The position numbers and the translations under genes are program-made. A stretch of DNA of 63,211 bases, the filler included, from Cercozoa sp. M6MM (lineage: Eukaryota > Protista > Endomyxa: Ascetosporea): assembly GCA_040357565.1 (NCBI GenBank). It is 10 parts of 10 records of this genome, joined end to end, with 100 filler letters (N's around TTAATTAATTAA, not from the genome) between each part and the next. Parts side by side here need not be neighbours in the genome. Positions count along the whole stretch, not along the records: positions 39,168 to 46,964 come from JBDODJ010000593.1; positions 47,065 to 51,479 come from JBDODJ010001141.1; positions 51,580 to 58,544 come from JBDODJ010000674.1; 7 more parts are not named here. One strand, 5' to 3'. Numbering within the stretch: position 1 is the first letter of the stretch; every line of letters starts with the position of its first letter. Below, one piece after another: positions 39,879-52,650 of the stretch. The notes under the pieces are model-generated. The model made no database searches. It was not told the DNA's origin and saw nothing but the letters and a program-made list of their open reading frames with translations.

Positions 39879-41977
39879 TCAGAACTCCTCGGTGGCCTCT
39901 TCGCCCCGGTCACGCCGAATCTACACGCACGCACAGACATACAGACACAGATGAGAAGTGTGTTTGAAGGTACCGTCTGAAGCAGCACAGTGGCGAAGTT
40001 GGCGTACAGTCCGTCGAATACTTTGGCGCGGTCCTGGTTCGGCTTGATCTTGGAGGGCGCCATCGGCTTGTATTCGCCCGTCGCTTCGTTGAGTTCGGTG
40101 TACTTCTCATCACTGACCACATGCACATCACATAACGAGAGTGTAGCGAGAAGAGGCGTTCTGAAGAACATACGGAATGGCAAAGACCGGGTAGTTGGCG
40201 CGCTGCGCGATCGGCATTAGCGACAGGAAGTTCGGAATCTCGGCCAGTGTGCCCTGATTGTAGAAGGGCTGAATACACAATGGTGCACACAACACAAGAG
40301 AGTACCTCGGCAGGCAGGATATCCTCAACCGACACGACCATGTCACGTTCCTACCGGGGGAGGGGGTGGGTAACGTGTAGGATATCAACGACAAGGGAAC
40401 TACCTGGAGGGTAGGCACGAGACAGTGTTCGACTTGATTCTTCACATGTTGCATCCTGCAACAACAAAACACATATCAACAGTATACAACAAGGGGGATA
40501 GGACTAACCAGATGGCTGACTGTCGGACAGGACGACGCTGCGCACCAGCCACCTGGAACAGCGACAGCACAACGCCGAGGAACCTGTGCATCGCAGGAAG
40601 GGTAGGTAAGAAGGGAAGGGTGAGCTGGAGAAGGGGTACCTGGGTGCCACAGGATTCACCGGCATAGTCTGGTGCTTGGTGGCACGTGCCAAAGCACGCT
40701 GCTCGTGGTGCCACTGTCCACACAGCACACGCTTTCAGAGTTACAGGATAACCCACAGCACACAAGGGCACTACCTTGGGCAGCACAGTCTCCATAGTCT
40801 TGACAGTGTTGTGGCAGTACTGATCGGGCGCCACCGGGGTCACAAAGTAGTCGCACGACATGAAGAGATTCTTGTTGAGCCTGTTCTCCCCCATCCCCAT
40901 CGTAGGTGAAAGCTAACACAAACACGACAACAACAAAGGTAAGTGTACTCGCCAATGGAAGGACCCATGTCGAGCAGCACAATGTCGGCGTCGTAGTGAC
41001 GTGCCGTCTGTGTGTGCCCAAAAACGCATTGCACGTGCACGTGTATACACGAGATGGAAAGGTAAGGCATGCTACCTGTCTCAGCAACGAATGCGCACCA
41101 CCAGCGATGTTGAAGAACAACGGAAAGTTGCTCGCGTTACTGTGCAGACACTACAGATACTAGACAAAGCGCGAGGAGGGGGTAAAACCCAGCACCTGGT
41201 CAATGTGTGCGCCATGGTCAGCTGCGGCTCCAACGTCGCGAGTTTTAGCGATCCCGGCAGCAGCAGCAGCTCGCCTGTCCACAACCACTCAGACTGGTCG
41301 GGTCACCTGTCACCTACAGATCTAACCTACCATCACCAGCCGCGCGGAAGTGCTTCGGCTTGATCATCACCAGTTCGGCCGGCGGCAGCTGCTCGCCGGG
41401 GTCAGCATGGCCTACGTGTACGTGCATTGTCCGTGCATAACTACACCCCCTGTGTGCACGGACAAGCGCAAGTACCATAGTGCAGCGGCTGCAAGCAGGA
41501 GTAAAAGTTGCCGCATGGCACATCATCACGCCAGCCTAAAACAACGGGATCACAGGTTTAGGGCGAGCATGTATAGCAGGACTCAGCTACCGTCTTCAGT
41601 GCGACTGCGCGGCACCAGCGTCTGCGTCAAGTTACACCTGTCAGAGGAACACCTGTAACACAAAATACACCCAACTGGAAGAACACGATACTGCGGATCG
41701 CCATCGACCAGAATCACTCGCTGGCCGAACTGCTGCGCGAGCTTCCAGCCCTGTCGAAACAGACACACCACACCTCACCCAATCACCAATCGTCCATCAT
41801 CAGCACTCTACCAGGTGCAGGACGTTCGTGGTCTTGCTGACACCGCCCTTGTGCGCAAAGAACGCCACAATCGGCGCGTCCACTACGAACAACGAAACGT
41901 GTGAGGAAAAACAAAGTAGATTTGCAAAAGGATGCCCTAAATACAAAACTACCGGCTTCAGGGTGCTCCTCTGCCAT
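39879..41977 (-). CDS. ParA/Soj/MinD-family (deviant Walker A) ATPase of bacterial type, with many spliceosomal introns
   Basis: FFAHKGGVSKTTNVLHLGWKLA, RVILVDGDPQCNLT, LLLLPGS, YDADIVLLDMGPSIG, FMSCDYFVTPVAPD, LAEIPNFLSLMPIAQ. Confidence 0.92.
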
Positions 41978-42194
41978 CTCAAAGTATCCTACAATGTGAG
42001 AGGCAAACACTACAGCAGGATCGCCGGTGAAACAGGATCGCTGAAAAATCTGATTTTCCCCCAGACTGGGTCCAGTCCAACCGCCGACCTGATAGAACAA
42101 AAAAATAAAACAAGTCGACCTCTGCCAGTATTCCGGCTTGATCAGGCCAACCAGGACGTGCTTTGTTCACTGTATAGAGTTGTATCTTGTAAAA

Positions 42195-45170
42195 ATGCAC
42201 GAGCGCCCGCTGGTGAGTCAGTTTTATGCACATTTTCCAAACCCAAAAAATAATCGATCTGCTTGGCCACAAGTAGTTCCCTGTTGCTTTCAATGTTGGG
42301 AGGTTTTCTGTTGTGGGCAGCTGGCCGTGTGCAATGACGGCATCTTGGACGAGATGCAGCGGTACGTGCTGATCCTCCTGCAGCGACGTGGTGCCTCAGG
42401 TAGCACTGACCGAGCATATGTGCGTCTACAGTCATGGTCCATTGTGTTTCCAGTGGTCCGACTCCCAAACCTGGCATCCTACCGCGACGGTACCACTGTG
42501 TGGCTACATAGATTATTGTGTGTGGAACGTGTGTGTTCTATGGTGACTGTGCAGACAGGGAGGGCGTGCGATACCGTCGCGACCGACGCGTCGCCGTGCG
42601 AAGTCTGCGCGATGCATTGCACCGGTAGGGGGGGGGGGGTAACAGGAGGGAGGTGACAGGGGGAGGGGGTGAATGATAATAATATTCAGAGCAATGTCGA
42701 TCGGCGATGAACCGCTGCTTGTGGTGGTGGGAGGTACCTTCTGTTCCCAGCCTATCTTTGCCTTACCCCCTCTCCCCTCCAGGAAAAGGCACACTAAACG
42801 CAGCGATTGATCTGCTGGGCACTGCGTATTTTGCTCTTTGTGCTGTGTGACCTTCCTAGGTACGTTTGTACCGATGGCTATAGCTGTATGGACGAGACTT
42901 GTACCACTCCGGCCATTGCCATCCTGCCTGCTGGTAGGCTTCCTTTGCCCTTACCCTTGACCTCCTTAGCCCCCCCTATGTGCAGGCGCGCAGAACGAGA
43001 TGGCGCGACTCTTCGGTTGGCGCAGTTGCATTCCGAGCAACCGGCAGGAACTCTCGGCCGTCTTCTCTCGTCTCTCGCGCGCGCCCTATCGAACGGTCCT
43101 TTCCTGCCTTATATATTTCTTTTTTAAATATCTTTCTATTTTATTCTAGTAGATTTGTATTTGTATTTTTATTGATAGTGATGTTTCTCTTTGTATAGAT
43201 GTAATATATATATATATATATATGTATTTATTTATCTACATATAGATATAACATACATTTGTATTTCTTTATTTGTATTGATCTATTTGTGAATTTCCAT
43301 TTTTCTTTACATATATATGTGCATAATGTATGTATATTTGAAAGTTGATTTGTATTTTGATATTTATATTATATGTTGATACTTTTATGTTGATATTTAT
43401 ATGTTGATTTTTTAATGTTGATATTGATAAGCTTATATTTTTGGTGAATAAAATGAATGCAGATTTAATGATATAATATTCTACAGGTCAAATGCGACCG
43501 TTGGTGGGTCGAATCGCACCCATTAGGCATCAGTAATGGAGGTAACACCTTGTCTCTCTACCCCCCCCATCTAGCCCGTTTTTGTAGTGCCTGAAAACAG
43601 CGAGTTTTTCGAAAGGCCACGCGTCACCGCAGCGTAGTGTTCTTACCCTCTCTGACCCCCTCCTCTCTACCTCTCACTCTCTAGTGCGGTGTCGCCGTGC
43701 CACTTTTTGTGCGCCGTGTCGGTGGGATTTCTGGCCGATCAGATGGCGCGTCTGTCGCTGCACCGACGCGACCTAATGAGCGAGCAGCGCAGTGACTTTC
43801 GTACTCTCGCTCCTTATTAAGGGGGTTGCTGGGCTCTCTATAAAGGGGCAGACTTATTAATTAAGGGTGCTGGTTGTTTAAGGGTGTGATGAGTGTGTAG
43901 GGCCGCCGTTCGACTCGGGAATTCCGCCGACGTCGGCGCTGACGTGGCGAGCGCAAGGCAAGGCCAAATTGCGGTACACTGGGTTTTACCCCCCCCCCCT
44001 CCCCCTCCCCTCCTTACCCTTCTTACCCCTTCTTACCCCCTTCTTATCCCCTNNNNNNNNNNCGTGCCCTACTCGCTCGGGTAGCTCTCTTGCTCTGGGG
44101 GGGGGGGGGCGAACAGGGGGTACTACGGGGTAAGAATGCCACTGTGCGCAGGAACTACAACAAAGGTCGCGTGCGCGGTTTGTTCGTTTTGTCGGTGCCG
44201 CTGCTGCGCGGCGACGTCGATCTCACGGCCGCGCGGACTGGGAATACTGGTGTGTTTACCCCCTGTTTAGCCCGGCCGCCGGCGGGGGGGGGGGTTCGGT
44301 ACGGCGCCCCCCCGAGCAGAGTGGCTACACAAGCCGCACGCCGGCGACGGAGTACTGGAAGTGGTGGCAGTGAGCAACTTCAGCAACCTCGTCGGTCGCT
44401 CGCTCTTCGGCTCGCCGTCCGTGCATGTCGTGGGTGCTTTACCCTCCTGTTTATCCCCCCTCCTCTGTTTACCCCTCCTTGCTCCCCTCTTTGCCCTTGT
44501 TTACTCCCTTTGCCCCCGCCAGGACAAGGGCGGCGGGTGACACTGGTGCTGGAGGAGGCACTGCCGGTCGAAGTAGACGGCGAGGCGCGTCTGCAGCCGC
44601 CATCCCGACTGTCGATCTCGCATGCAGGTACACTTTCGACCCCTTAGCCAACGGTCCCTTAACCAACGGTCCCTTCAACGGCCGCTTAATTTAAAGCTCC
44701 TTATCAAGAGCCACTTATCGAATGTGCACGTACTGCAGGTGAACTCAAGGTGGTGCGAGGACCCTTCGTACCCAACAGCAACGGTCTCGACTTGGACGAC
44801 CGGCAGGTCGACGTGTTGCAGCCGACCGACGGCACCGAAACGCTCGTTGGTGAGTCTAGTCTTCCTCTCTTGTGTGTGCGTGTGTGTGTGTAGTCTGGAT
44901 GCGCACTCAAAGATTTTGCACCTGACGCACACAGGTCTGTACTCGCGCAGCGGCGTGCAGGAACTCCCGCTGCATTCGCGTGTCGGCGACGACGCTACTG
45001 TGGGTACCATCCGTCTCTCTCTCTCCTTCTCTCTCTCCTCTCTCTCCTCTCTCCTCTCTCTCCCCATTCCTCTTTATACCCACCCCTTCTTGGTGTGCAC
45101 AGAGAACGACGACACCGGCCAAGGCTTGCGCTGTCGTATGCAGATGCGACACCTGGCCGCCGACTCGTAA
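42195..45170 (+). CDS. Diacylglycerol kinase-like protein with degenerate catalytic motifs
   Basis: RPLLAVCN, VVVGGKGTLNAAID, IAILPAGAQNEMARLFGW, CDRW, GDGVLEVV, LPVEVDGEA.LQPP. Confidence 0.8.
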
Positions 45171-45473
45171 TGCCACGTCAGTCACTTCAGTCACTTCCGT
45201 TCACTTCAGTACCTTGCTATGGCTGTACTCGACTCGACTACCGTACGTCCAATGGATGCCCGAACGCAGTCAACCATGGCGGGATAGCATGTGGGCATCC
45301 CCCAGCGATCCAACATGTGTAGTGCCATTGACCCAAATTTACTAGTAAATGCGATAGACTTGAGTCGATTTCGAGCCGGAGAACTTAGCACATACCGACA
45401 CGAGTATGTATTAATCACTCGATCATAACCACACCACGCGACGACGCACGACAGTGACGACACGAAAAATAAA

Positions 45474-46950
45474 CTAAAGGATGCGCATGTCGACTAGCTC
45501 AACATCGTGTGCTTCGAAGCTGCAGTGCTTGGCCTATAATATTGATTTACATGTGCTCGTGCATCGGGAAATCAAAAGAAAGCAGGAAGCAGGCCAAGGT
45601 ACAAACACGAAAAGCGCCTGTGCAGCCGGGTGCTCGTGGAAGCCCGAGCGACCGCACTTCTGCTTTCATCCGGCAACACACAATAAAATGCAAAGCAGAG
45701 CATCCTCTGCATCCTGGGTGGATCTGTGTAAACCTACCGAGATGACGTCCATGCCTTGCCGTGTCAGGTGGAACACCTCCTGTACATCATCGAGTCACTT
45801 AAGCACCTCGCAGAACGTGTCACAGACACTACCGTCTGCTGGTAAGATGGGGCGCAAACCACGCCCACAGCCTCTGCTAGCTGCACCTGGTAGCCGTACT
45901 GAGTGTGGCTGCATGAGCAGTAAAACACATGGGCAATCAGTTAAACACACGAGTATCTTGCCATTCAAACGTTAAAAACAACATACACATCGACAGAAGA
46001 AAGAAAAGCGGTCTGGGACGGATGCTGTTGATGTCACACAATACAAAAAGGTCGGCACAGAGACAAACTGCAAAACGAGCAAAAGTACAGTGTGAATCCA
46101 GCCGACAACGACGCGTTCCTGCATGCCCCGTAACACGGCTGTTTCGTCCAACTGCTCGCAGCTGTTGGCATCGCCAGTCTGAGCAAAAACACGAGTGCCA
46201 ACAAGACTCATCATGCGCGCAAGTGATAAACACAGGTGCTCCTACTTGGGGAGGTAAAACGAGTCGGTCCACTTTGTAAATTCCGTCTGTACAAAGAGAC
46301 GGAAGACAGCAATAATATATGAGGTCTCTCGCGCAGTGCCACGTATACTGTCATGCCAAGTATACGTACCCTCCAAGACAGCGCCCAGCACTCCGCAGGT
46401 TTCCACGTCCTTGGTAGTGTTTTCTGCTGCTGCGTTCTAAGTGTGCCAAAGGGAGAAGGGAGGTACAGTACATGCACGAAGGAAGTTTGTTTCAAGAAAG
46501 GGTACCAAGAAGACCGAAGCCAGCGAAGCAGGCAAATGTACCGGCTGTAACTTTATGTTGTCGACCTCGCTGACAGTACCGGAGGCGGCGGTGTCATGAG
46601 GTGAGAATGAGGCTGTGTGAGTGCAGTTTTTTTTGATAAGTGCAGTTTAAGCATAAACTTCAATATACCGTAGGGATTGCTTGGATCGACACTGACAGGT
46701 TTTTGTACACTCGGACGCTGCTTTGGACTGGCACTTTCTCTTGCAGCTGTGGGTTGCACTGCGGCCGTGTCACTCGACTCGCCGTCCTTTGGTTGATCTT
46801 CTTCCTTTGACTGGACCACTGGCTTCTTTTTTGGAACTACACAGCGGCTCGTGCCTTCGAACAGAGACCACAAAGCGAGAAGAAACAACAGACACACCTG
46901 GCTTGGGTTTTGGAGGTGGCAGGACGGCCTTCTCCCGACCGAACTCATCC
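45474..46950 (-). CDS. STAMBP: AMSH/STAMBP-like JAMM deubiquitinase, 5'-partial
   Basis: [62 protein letters not shown], GFHEH. Confidence 0.93.
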
Positions 46951-47173
46951 TACACAGAACGAAANNNNNNNNNNNNNNNNNNNNNNNNNNNNNNNNNNNN
47001 NNNNNNNNTTAATTAATTAANNNNNNNNNNNNNNNNNNNNNNNNNNNNNNNNNNNNNNNNNNNNGTTTACCTCCTTCCTTACCTTCCTATTGGATCCCTT
47101 TTACTGCACCCCTTTCTCCCCCCCTTTTTTTTCACCAACCCCCCCTTTTAACCCCCCCCCCCCCTACCTCCTA

Positions 47174-49416
47174 GGCACTGTGGCCGAGAGATTCGGCTAC
47201 GCCGTGCAGTTCGGTCACGCCGGCGCGTGTGCCAACGCGGCGCGCGAAACGGCGTCGCACAAGAATCGCGCACTGCGTGAGAGTGGTAGTTTTACCCCCC
47301 CCCCCCCACGCCCTTACCCCCCTGTTTACCACCTTTTACCCCTCGGTTTACCCTCCCCCCCCCGGTTTACCCCCATCCCGTCAGGTGCGCACGTGCCGGA
47401 GTCGTACGACGGTTTGCCGGAACTAATCGTAAGCGTTGCTGTTGTTGTTGTTTTTCTGGTTGTTGTATTTTACGGGGAGAAACGTGCGCAGGCGCAGCAG
47501 TGGCAAAAACTGGTCGAAAATGGCGTCACGCCGCGGCCGGATTTTGGTGGGTTTACCCCCCTTATTACCTCCCATCTTACTCCTTTCTTACCTCCCTTCT
47601 TATCTCCCTTCTTATCCCCCTTCTTACTCCCTTCTTAGCTCCCTTCTTATCCCCCTTCTTATCCCCCTTCTTACCCCCTTCTTACCCCCTTCTTACCCCC
47701 TTCTTATCCCCTAGCGCCACCTCGCCTGCCGATGAACTTTGCCTGGGCGCGCCGTTTGGGTCTGGTATTACTCCCCTGCCTTACCTCCTTTACCCCCGCC
47801 TACCTCCTTTACCCCCCCTCCCCCAGGTGCGCAAACCGGCCGCGTTTGTGAGTGCGATTTCTGACGAGGTACTCCCTTAAGCACCTACCCCCTTACCCTA
47901 CCCCCTTTCTCTACCCCCTACTCCTTGCCCTTTTTACCCCCTCCCCCCGTCCAGCGAGGCGAGGAACTGCGGTACGCCAACGTGAAGATCTCCGAGGTGG
48001 TCGAATCTCAGATGGGAATCGGCGGCGTCATTGGACTGCTGTGGTTCCGTCGGTGCGTTCTTACCCCCCCCCCCCGTCTTACCCCCTTCTTACCCCCATC
48101 TTACCCTCCCATGTTACCACCATGTTAGCTTCCATCTTACCCCATGTTAACTTCCATCTTACCCCCCATCATACCCCCCATGTTACCCCCCCCCCCATGT
48201 TACCCCCATGTTACCCCCTCCCCAGTCGACTTCCAGAGTTCGCGGGTCGGTTCATCGACTTAGTGCTGCAGCTGACGGCGGATCACGGACCGGCCGTTTC
48301 GGGTGCGCACAACACCATCGTGGCTGCGCGTGCTGGCAAGGTTTGTCCCCCTGTTTATCCCCCGCTTTACCCCCTGTTTACCCCCTGTTTATTCCTTCCT
48401 GTTGACCCCCCTGTTTCCCCCCACTTTACCCCCACTTTACCCCCTACTTTATTCCCCTTTACCCCCCTGTTTACCCCCACTTTACCCCACTTTACCCCTA
48501 CTTCACCCTCTGTTTACCCCCACTTTACCCCCTACTTTACCCCCTCCTTTACCCCCCATTTACCCCCCTGTTTCCCCACACTTTACCTCCCCTGTTTGCA
48601 CGCAGGACCTGGTGTCCTCACTAGCAAGTGGCATGCTGACGATCGGTCCGCGTTTCGGCGGTGCTTTGGACCGCGCCGCTGCCATGTTCATGGACGGTTT
48701 TACCCCCTCTTTACCCCCTTAACCCCTTAACCCCCTTAACTTCTTACCACCCCTTTACCAGCCTACGACCGCGGTCTGTCGGCGATAGAATTCGTGGAAG
48801 AATGCGCGAAACGAAAGGTGCTGATTTCAGGCATTGGACACAAGGTCAAGTCGCTCGAGAATCCCGACATGCGCGTCACTCTGGTCTGATTGTTTTTGGC
48901 TTTTTGGTTTTTTTGGTTTTCGTATTTGTGCGACGTTTCTTCAGGTGCTCGACTTTGTGCAAAAGTACTTCCCGGCGCATGCACGTGGCAAGGTACTGTT
49001 TTNNNNNNNNNNNNNNNNNNNNNNNNNNNNNNNNNNNNNNNNNNNNNNNNNNNNNNNNNNNNNNNNNNNNNNNNNNNNNNNNNNNNNNNNNNNNNNNNNN
49101 NNTTCCTTTACCCCCTTACCCCCCCCCCCCTCGTATACAGTCGCAACTGCGGCTGCTTCACGACGCAAGAAGCCGATCAGTTTGTACCTTTCCACACTCT
49201 AAATAAAAAGGATATTAAAAAGGGGAGATTAAGAAAAGGGGAGATGTGTACACATGACTGTATTGACAGGTGAAAGACGGCGCGCTCAATGCGCTCTTCG
49301 TCGTCGGTCGCAGCATTGGTCTGGTGGGCCACTTTTTGGACCAGACGCGACTGCGCCAGGGCCTGTACCGCCATCCGACCGACGACATCGACTACATCAC
49401 CGAGGAGAACTTCTGA
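47174..49416 (+). CDS. ACLY: ATP-citrate lyase C-terminal half, 5'-partial
   Basis: [70 protein letters not shown]. Confidence 0.97.
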
Positions 49417-49497
49417 GCTGCACTCGGGCTAGCTTATTTTTACTTCTACTCGACTGCATTCCGCTACAGGCTAGCTTATTTTTTCGACTGCATTCCG

Positions 49498-50732
49498 CTA
49501 CATGTATACTGGCGTTGCACTCGCGTACAGGTAGGCAGCGTAGGCGAGAGTGGCAGTGCCGGACTGCAAGGCCACAAAGGTCGCGTTGGACATGTGCGTT
49601 CGCGTGAGCATGTCCAGTGCGAGTGTTGAGACACGTGCGGCGGTTTGAGTGGCCACTTGTGACCACACGGGCGGCTTGAAGACGCCGAAGCGCAAGAGAT
49701 CGGCGGTGATACTGCCAAAGTGGCCATGTGACAGGCACATGTGAGTCAGCACAGCGAGTGCCAGGACACGTGCCAAGTGACGCGTCGGGTGAGGCACACT
49801 CGTAAGTGCCAACAGTGTCAGTGGCGTCAGTAGCCACACGCGCCACTCGGGCCACGCGAAACGCAGAATGCCCAGTGCGGACACCAGGCACAACTGTAAA
49901 GTCCAGGCAGTGTCTCCACACACGAAGAAAAGGACCAGTGTACCGCAGAACCGTCACTAAGAAGACCGTGCTCCTGTAGCAGACTGGAGGCGACACTCAC
50001 GATGCAGCAGACACTTGTGAAGACTCGTAGCCACATGGGAATCTACAGGGCACGTGTACAGTAGGTTTGGTGTTGATAACTTGACAAGAGGAGCAACCAA
50101 CCGAGGTTAACAATAAGGTCAGCAGAAACACGACGGTCTGAGCGACAGTGATGCCCAGGATCATCAGTTTGCCTGGTGTTTCCACACCCACCGGGAGGAT
50201 ACTCTCGTGTCGGTGGATGCGTCGGTGTATCCTCGCCGACAGTGCATACACCTATTGTTCACACACCTGTTCGATTTATTAAGACTGCAGAATATGAGGA
50301 AACACACCGCTAGCAGCACGAGCAGCGACTCCAGGCACAGCAGCAGCGGCACAGAAACCGCCGAAAACCGTCGCCACACCGTCAAAACCGTCGCCGGAAC
50401 AAGACTGTTTTGTGAAACCGTCAAGCCCAGTGTCAGTGCATCCAGCACACGAGGCAGCACCCACTCGCGAATCAACTTTGCTTCCGCGCGGACAGCTTGA
50501 CCGTGGTCGTCCACGCGGACAGGAAACGCCACATCCTGCACAAAGGCTGCCACACAACGCAGTGCCAGCAGCAACGTTGCGTAGGGGATCGTGTTGTAAC
50601 CTGTCCAGGGTGACAAACGAGTCAACTGAGCGTCCCACGTTGGACGCAGAAAGTACCAGAAATGGCGACAAAAACCAGTCCGGCACTGCTCACCAGTGCC
50701 GGCTTCACTAGCGCCCACCACAGCAAAATCAT
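49498..50732 (-). CDS. Multi-pass membrane protein of unknown family
   Basis: Spliced ORF from ATG 50732 with many hydrophobic segments; stop at 49498. Confidence 0.6.
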
Positions 50733-50874
50733 GGTAGGACTGCTATGACTGATTTTCGTGCATTAAAGCGTGCGGGCGCTCTAACTACTGCGCCTGGAGC
50801 GATCGAAACAGTTTTAATCTCGGTTTCGTCGTGGGAATAATACATTGCAGACTGCGGGGGCAGAGTGGGTGGGT

Positions 50875-51337
50875 CTAGTTGTCGTAAGAAGACAAGAAAG
50901 AGTCGACAAAGGCTCCAACACTTTGACGCGGACGCAGGAGTTGGAGTTCTGCAGGGGAGGGGGGGGGGTAGAAGGCTAGGTAGTACAGAAGGGTAAAGGA
51001 AGACACCTGTGGCCGCAGTAAGAGCGACTTCGGCCGGCAGGGGTCGCATGTTGTAGTGCGAGGCCATGACGATGCCGTAGGCGCCAGCGCAGCCGATGCG
51101 CAGCACGTGGCCCTCGCGCGGTCGCGGCAGAGGACGCGCACGGGCAAACACGTCTGCGTGGGGGTATGAGGGATGGGGGTAAGGGGTGTAAAGGAGAGTA
51201 GTACCGCCAGATTCGCAGATGTTGCCAACGACGTCGACATTGACGATTTCGTCGTCGTCGGGATTGCAGGTTTCGATCGGGTGCTGACTGCCGTACATGC
51301 AGGGTCGGATCAGGTGGTTGAACCCACTGTCGGTGCC
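50875..51337 (-). CDS. lysA: Diaminopimelate decarboxylase C-terminal part
   Basis: [52 protein letters not shown]. Confidence 0.9.
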
Positions 51338-52650
51338 TACAGTGTGTATATGTAGACGTTTATAGAAATGTATATGTGTATATGTATATGTATATATGTA
51401 TATGTATATATGTATATGTGTATATGTATATGTGTATATATGTATATGTATATATGTATATGTATATATGTATATGTATNNNNNNNNNNNNNNNNNNNNN
51501 NNNNNNNNNNNNNNNNNNNNNNNTTAATTAATTAANNNNNNNNNNNNNNNNNNNNNNNNNNNNNNNNNNNNNNNNNNNNTTTCCTGTATCGAATCAGGTG
51601 AGCCCATGCTAGCACGAGAGGCCCGTGGTTGCATGGTTGCTCTCTCGTACATCGCTGGTGTGCTTAGTGCGTGTCGAGGCAAATACGAGTGACGTTTGAA
51701 GCGTTCCGTCTTGCGCCTCGACCACACGGCTGAGAAAATATTCGGAGGCGTGAGTTCCACTTTCCTATCCTTTCGCCCGTCTTGACTATGACTTGCCTTC
51801 GCCTGTCTTGACTGTGACTTGCCTGCATAGGAGCTTGCCAAGGCCCTTGACACCGAGCTGTGCCGATACAACAAGGAGGACGATGCGATAGTCGCCACCG
51901 CAACGCCTCAACGACCTGGTGGTAGCGGCGTGCAGGTACATCCGTTCTGCCTACTCATCATTAGCCTGGCACTTGGTTTTCTTGTGTGACAGCTGGGTGA
52001 GACTTTGGCACGCTCGCAGGAGAAGCGTACAGATCTTCTTTGCGCTTTATTCATTTTATCAGTCCATTACAGTCGTTTCGAGTGTCTTCGGTGAGTCTCG
52101 CGATAACTCGGCTATCCTCGAGTCGGTACTGATATTCAAAGCGGGTCCTGGTAAACTCTAACTCTCTGTAAATATGGTTAGATGGCCGAGCAACGCAACT
52201 GGTAGGATTTCCTGGTGCTTGCTTGTGTACCCAACATTGCTTGTAGAACGAGAAGCTCATCTCGCACATGGACCGGCAGTCGGCCCACATGGAGCACGTT
52301 TCGGCGAATCTTTCGGCACAGTCGCAACTGGTATATGATTCTGGTCGGTGAGGTGGCGCCAGATATCCGTTTTGCCGCCGGCAGCTCATGAAACTGGCCG
52401 ATCGCCTAAGTCAAGGCTGACGTGTTCTAAACCGCCCACACGCCCGTGCTTGTTGTAGTTATGTACATGAAAACGTTTTCTGAGCCCTAAGTCGATTTAG
52501 ACCGCGGTGTTTTTTAATTCGAATTAAACACGTGTTTTTAATTAATTAAAAACGCGTTTTTAAATGGTGTTTTTAATTCGCTTATGAAAAAACTCCCTGA
52601 CCAGAGCAGCATAGCTATAGTACAGTGCAGGGGAACTACCTAGTTGATAA

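Noticed and set aside
39879-41977. Bacterial contamination or a plasmid partition locus
   Set aside because: The gene has many spliceosomal introns, shares a contig with DGK-like and AMSH genes, and has no parB or parS.
47090-48730. Long Pro/Leu/Phe-rich ORFs
   Set aside because: Read-through of C-rich introns of ACLY, not real proteins.
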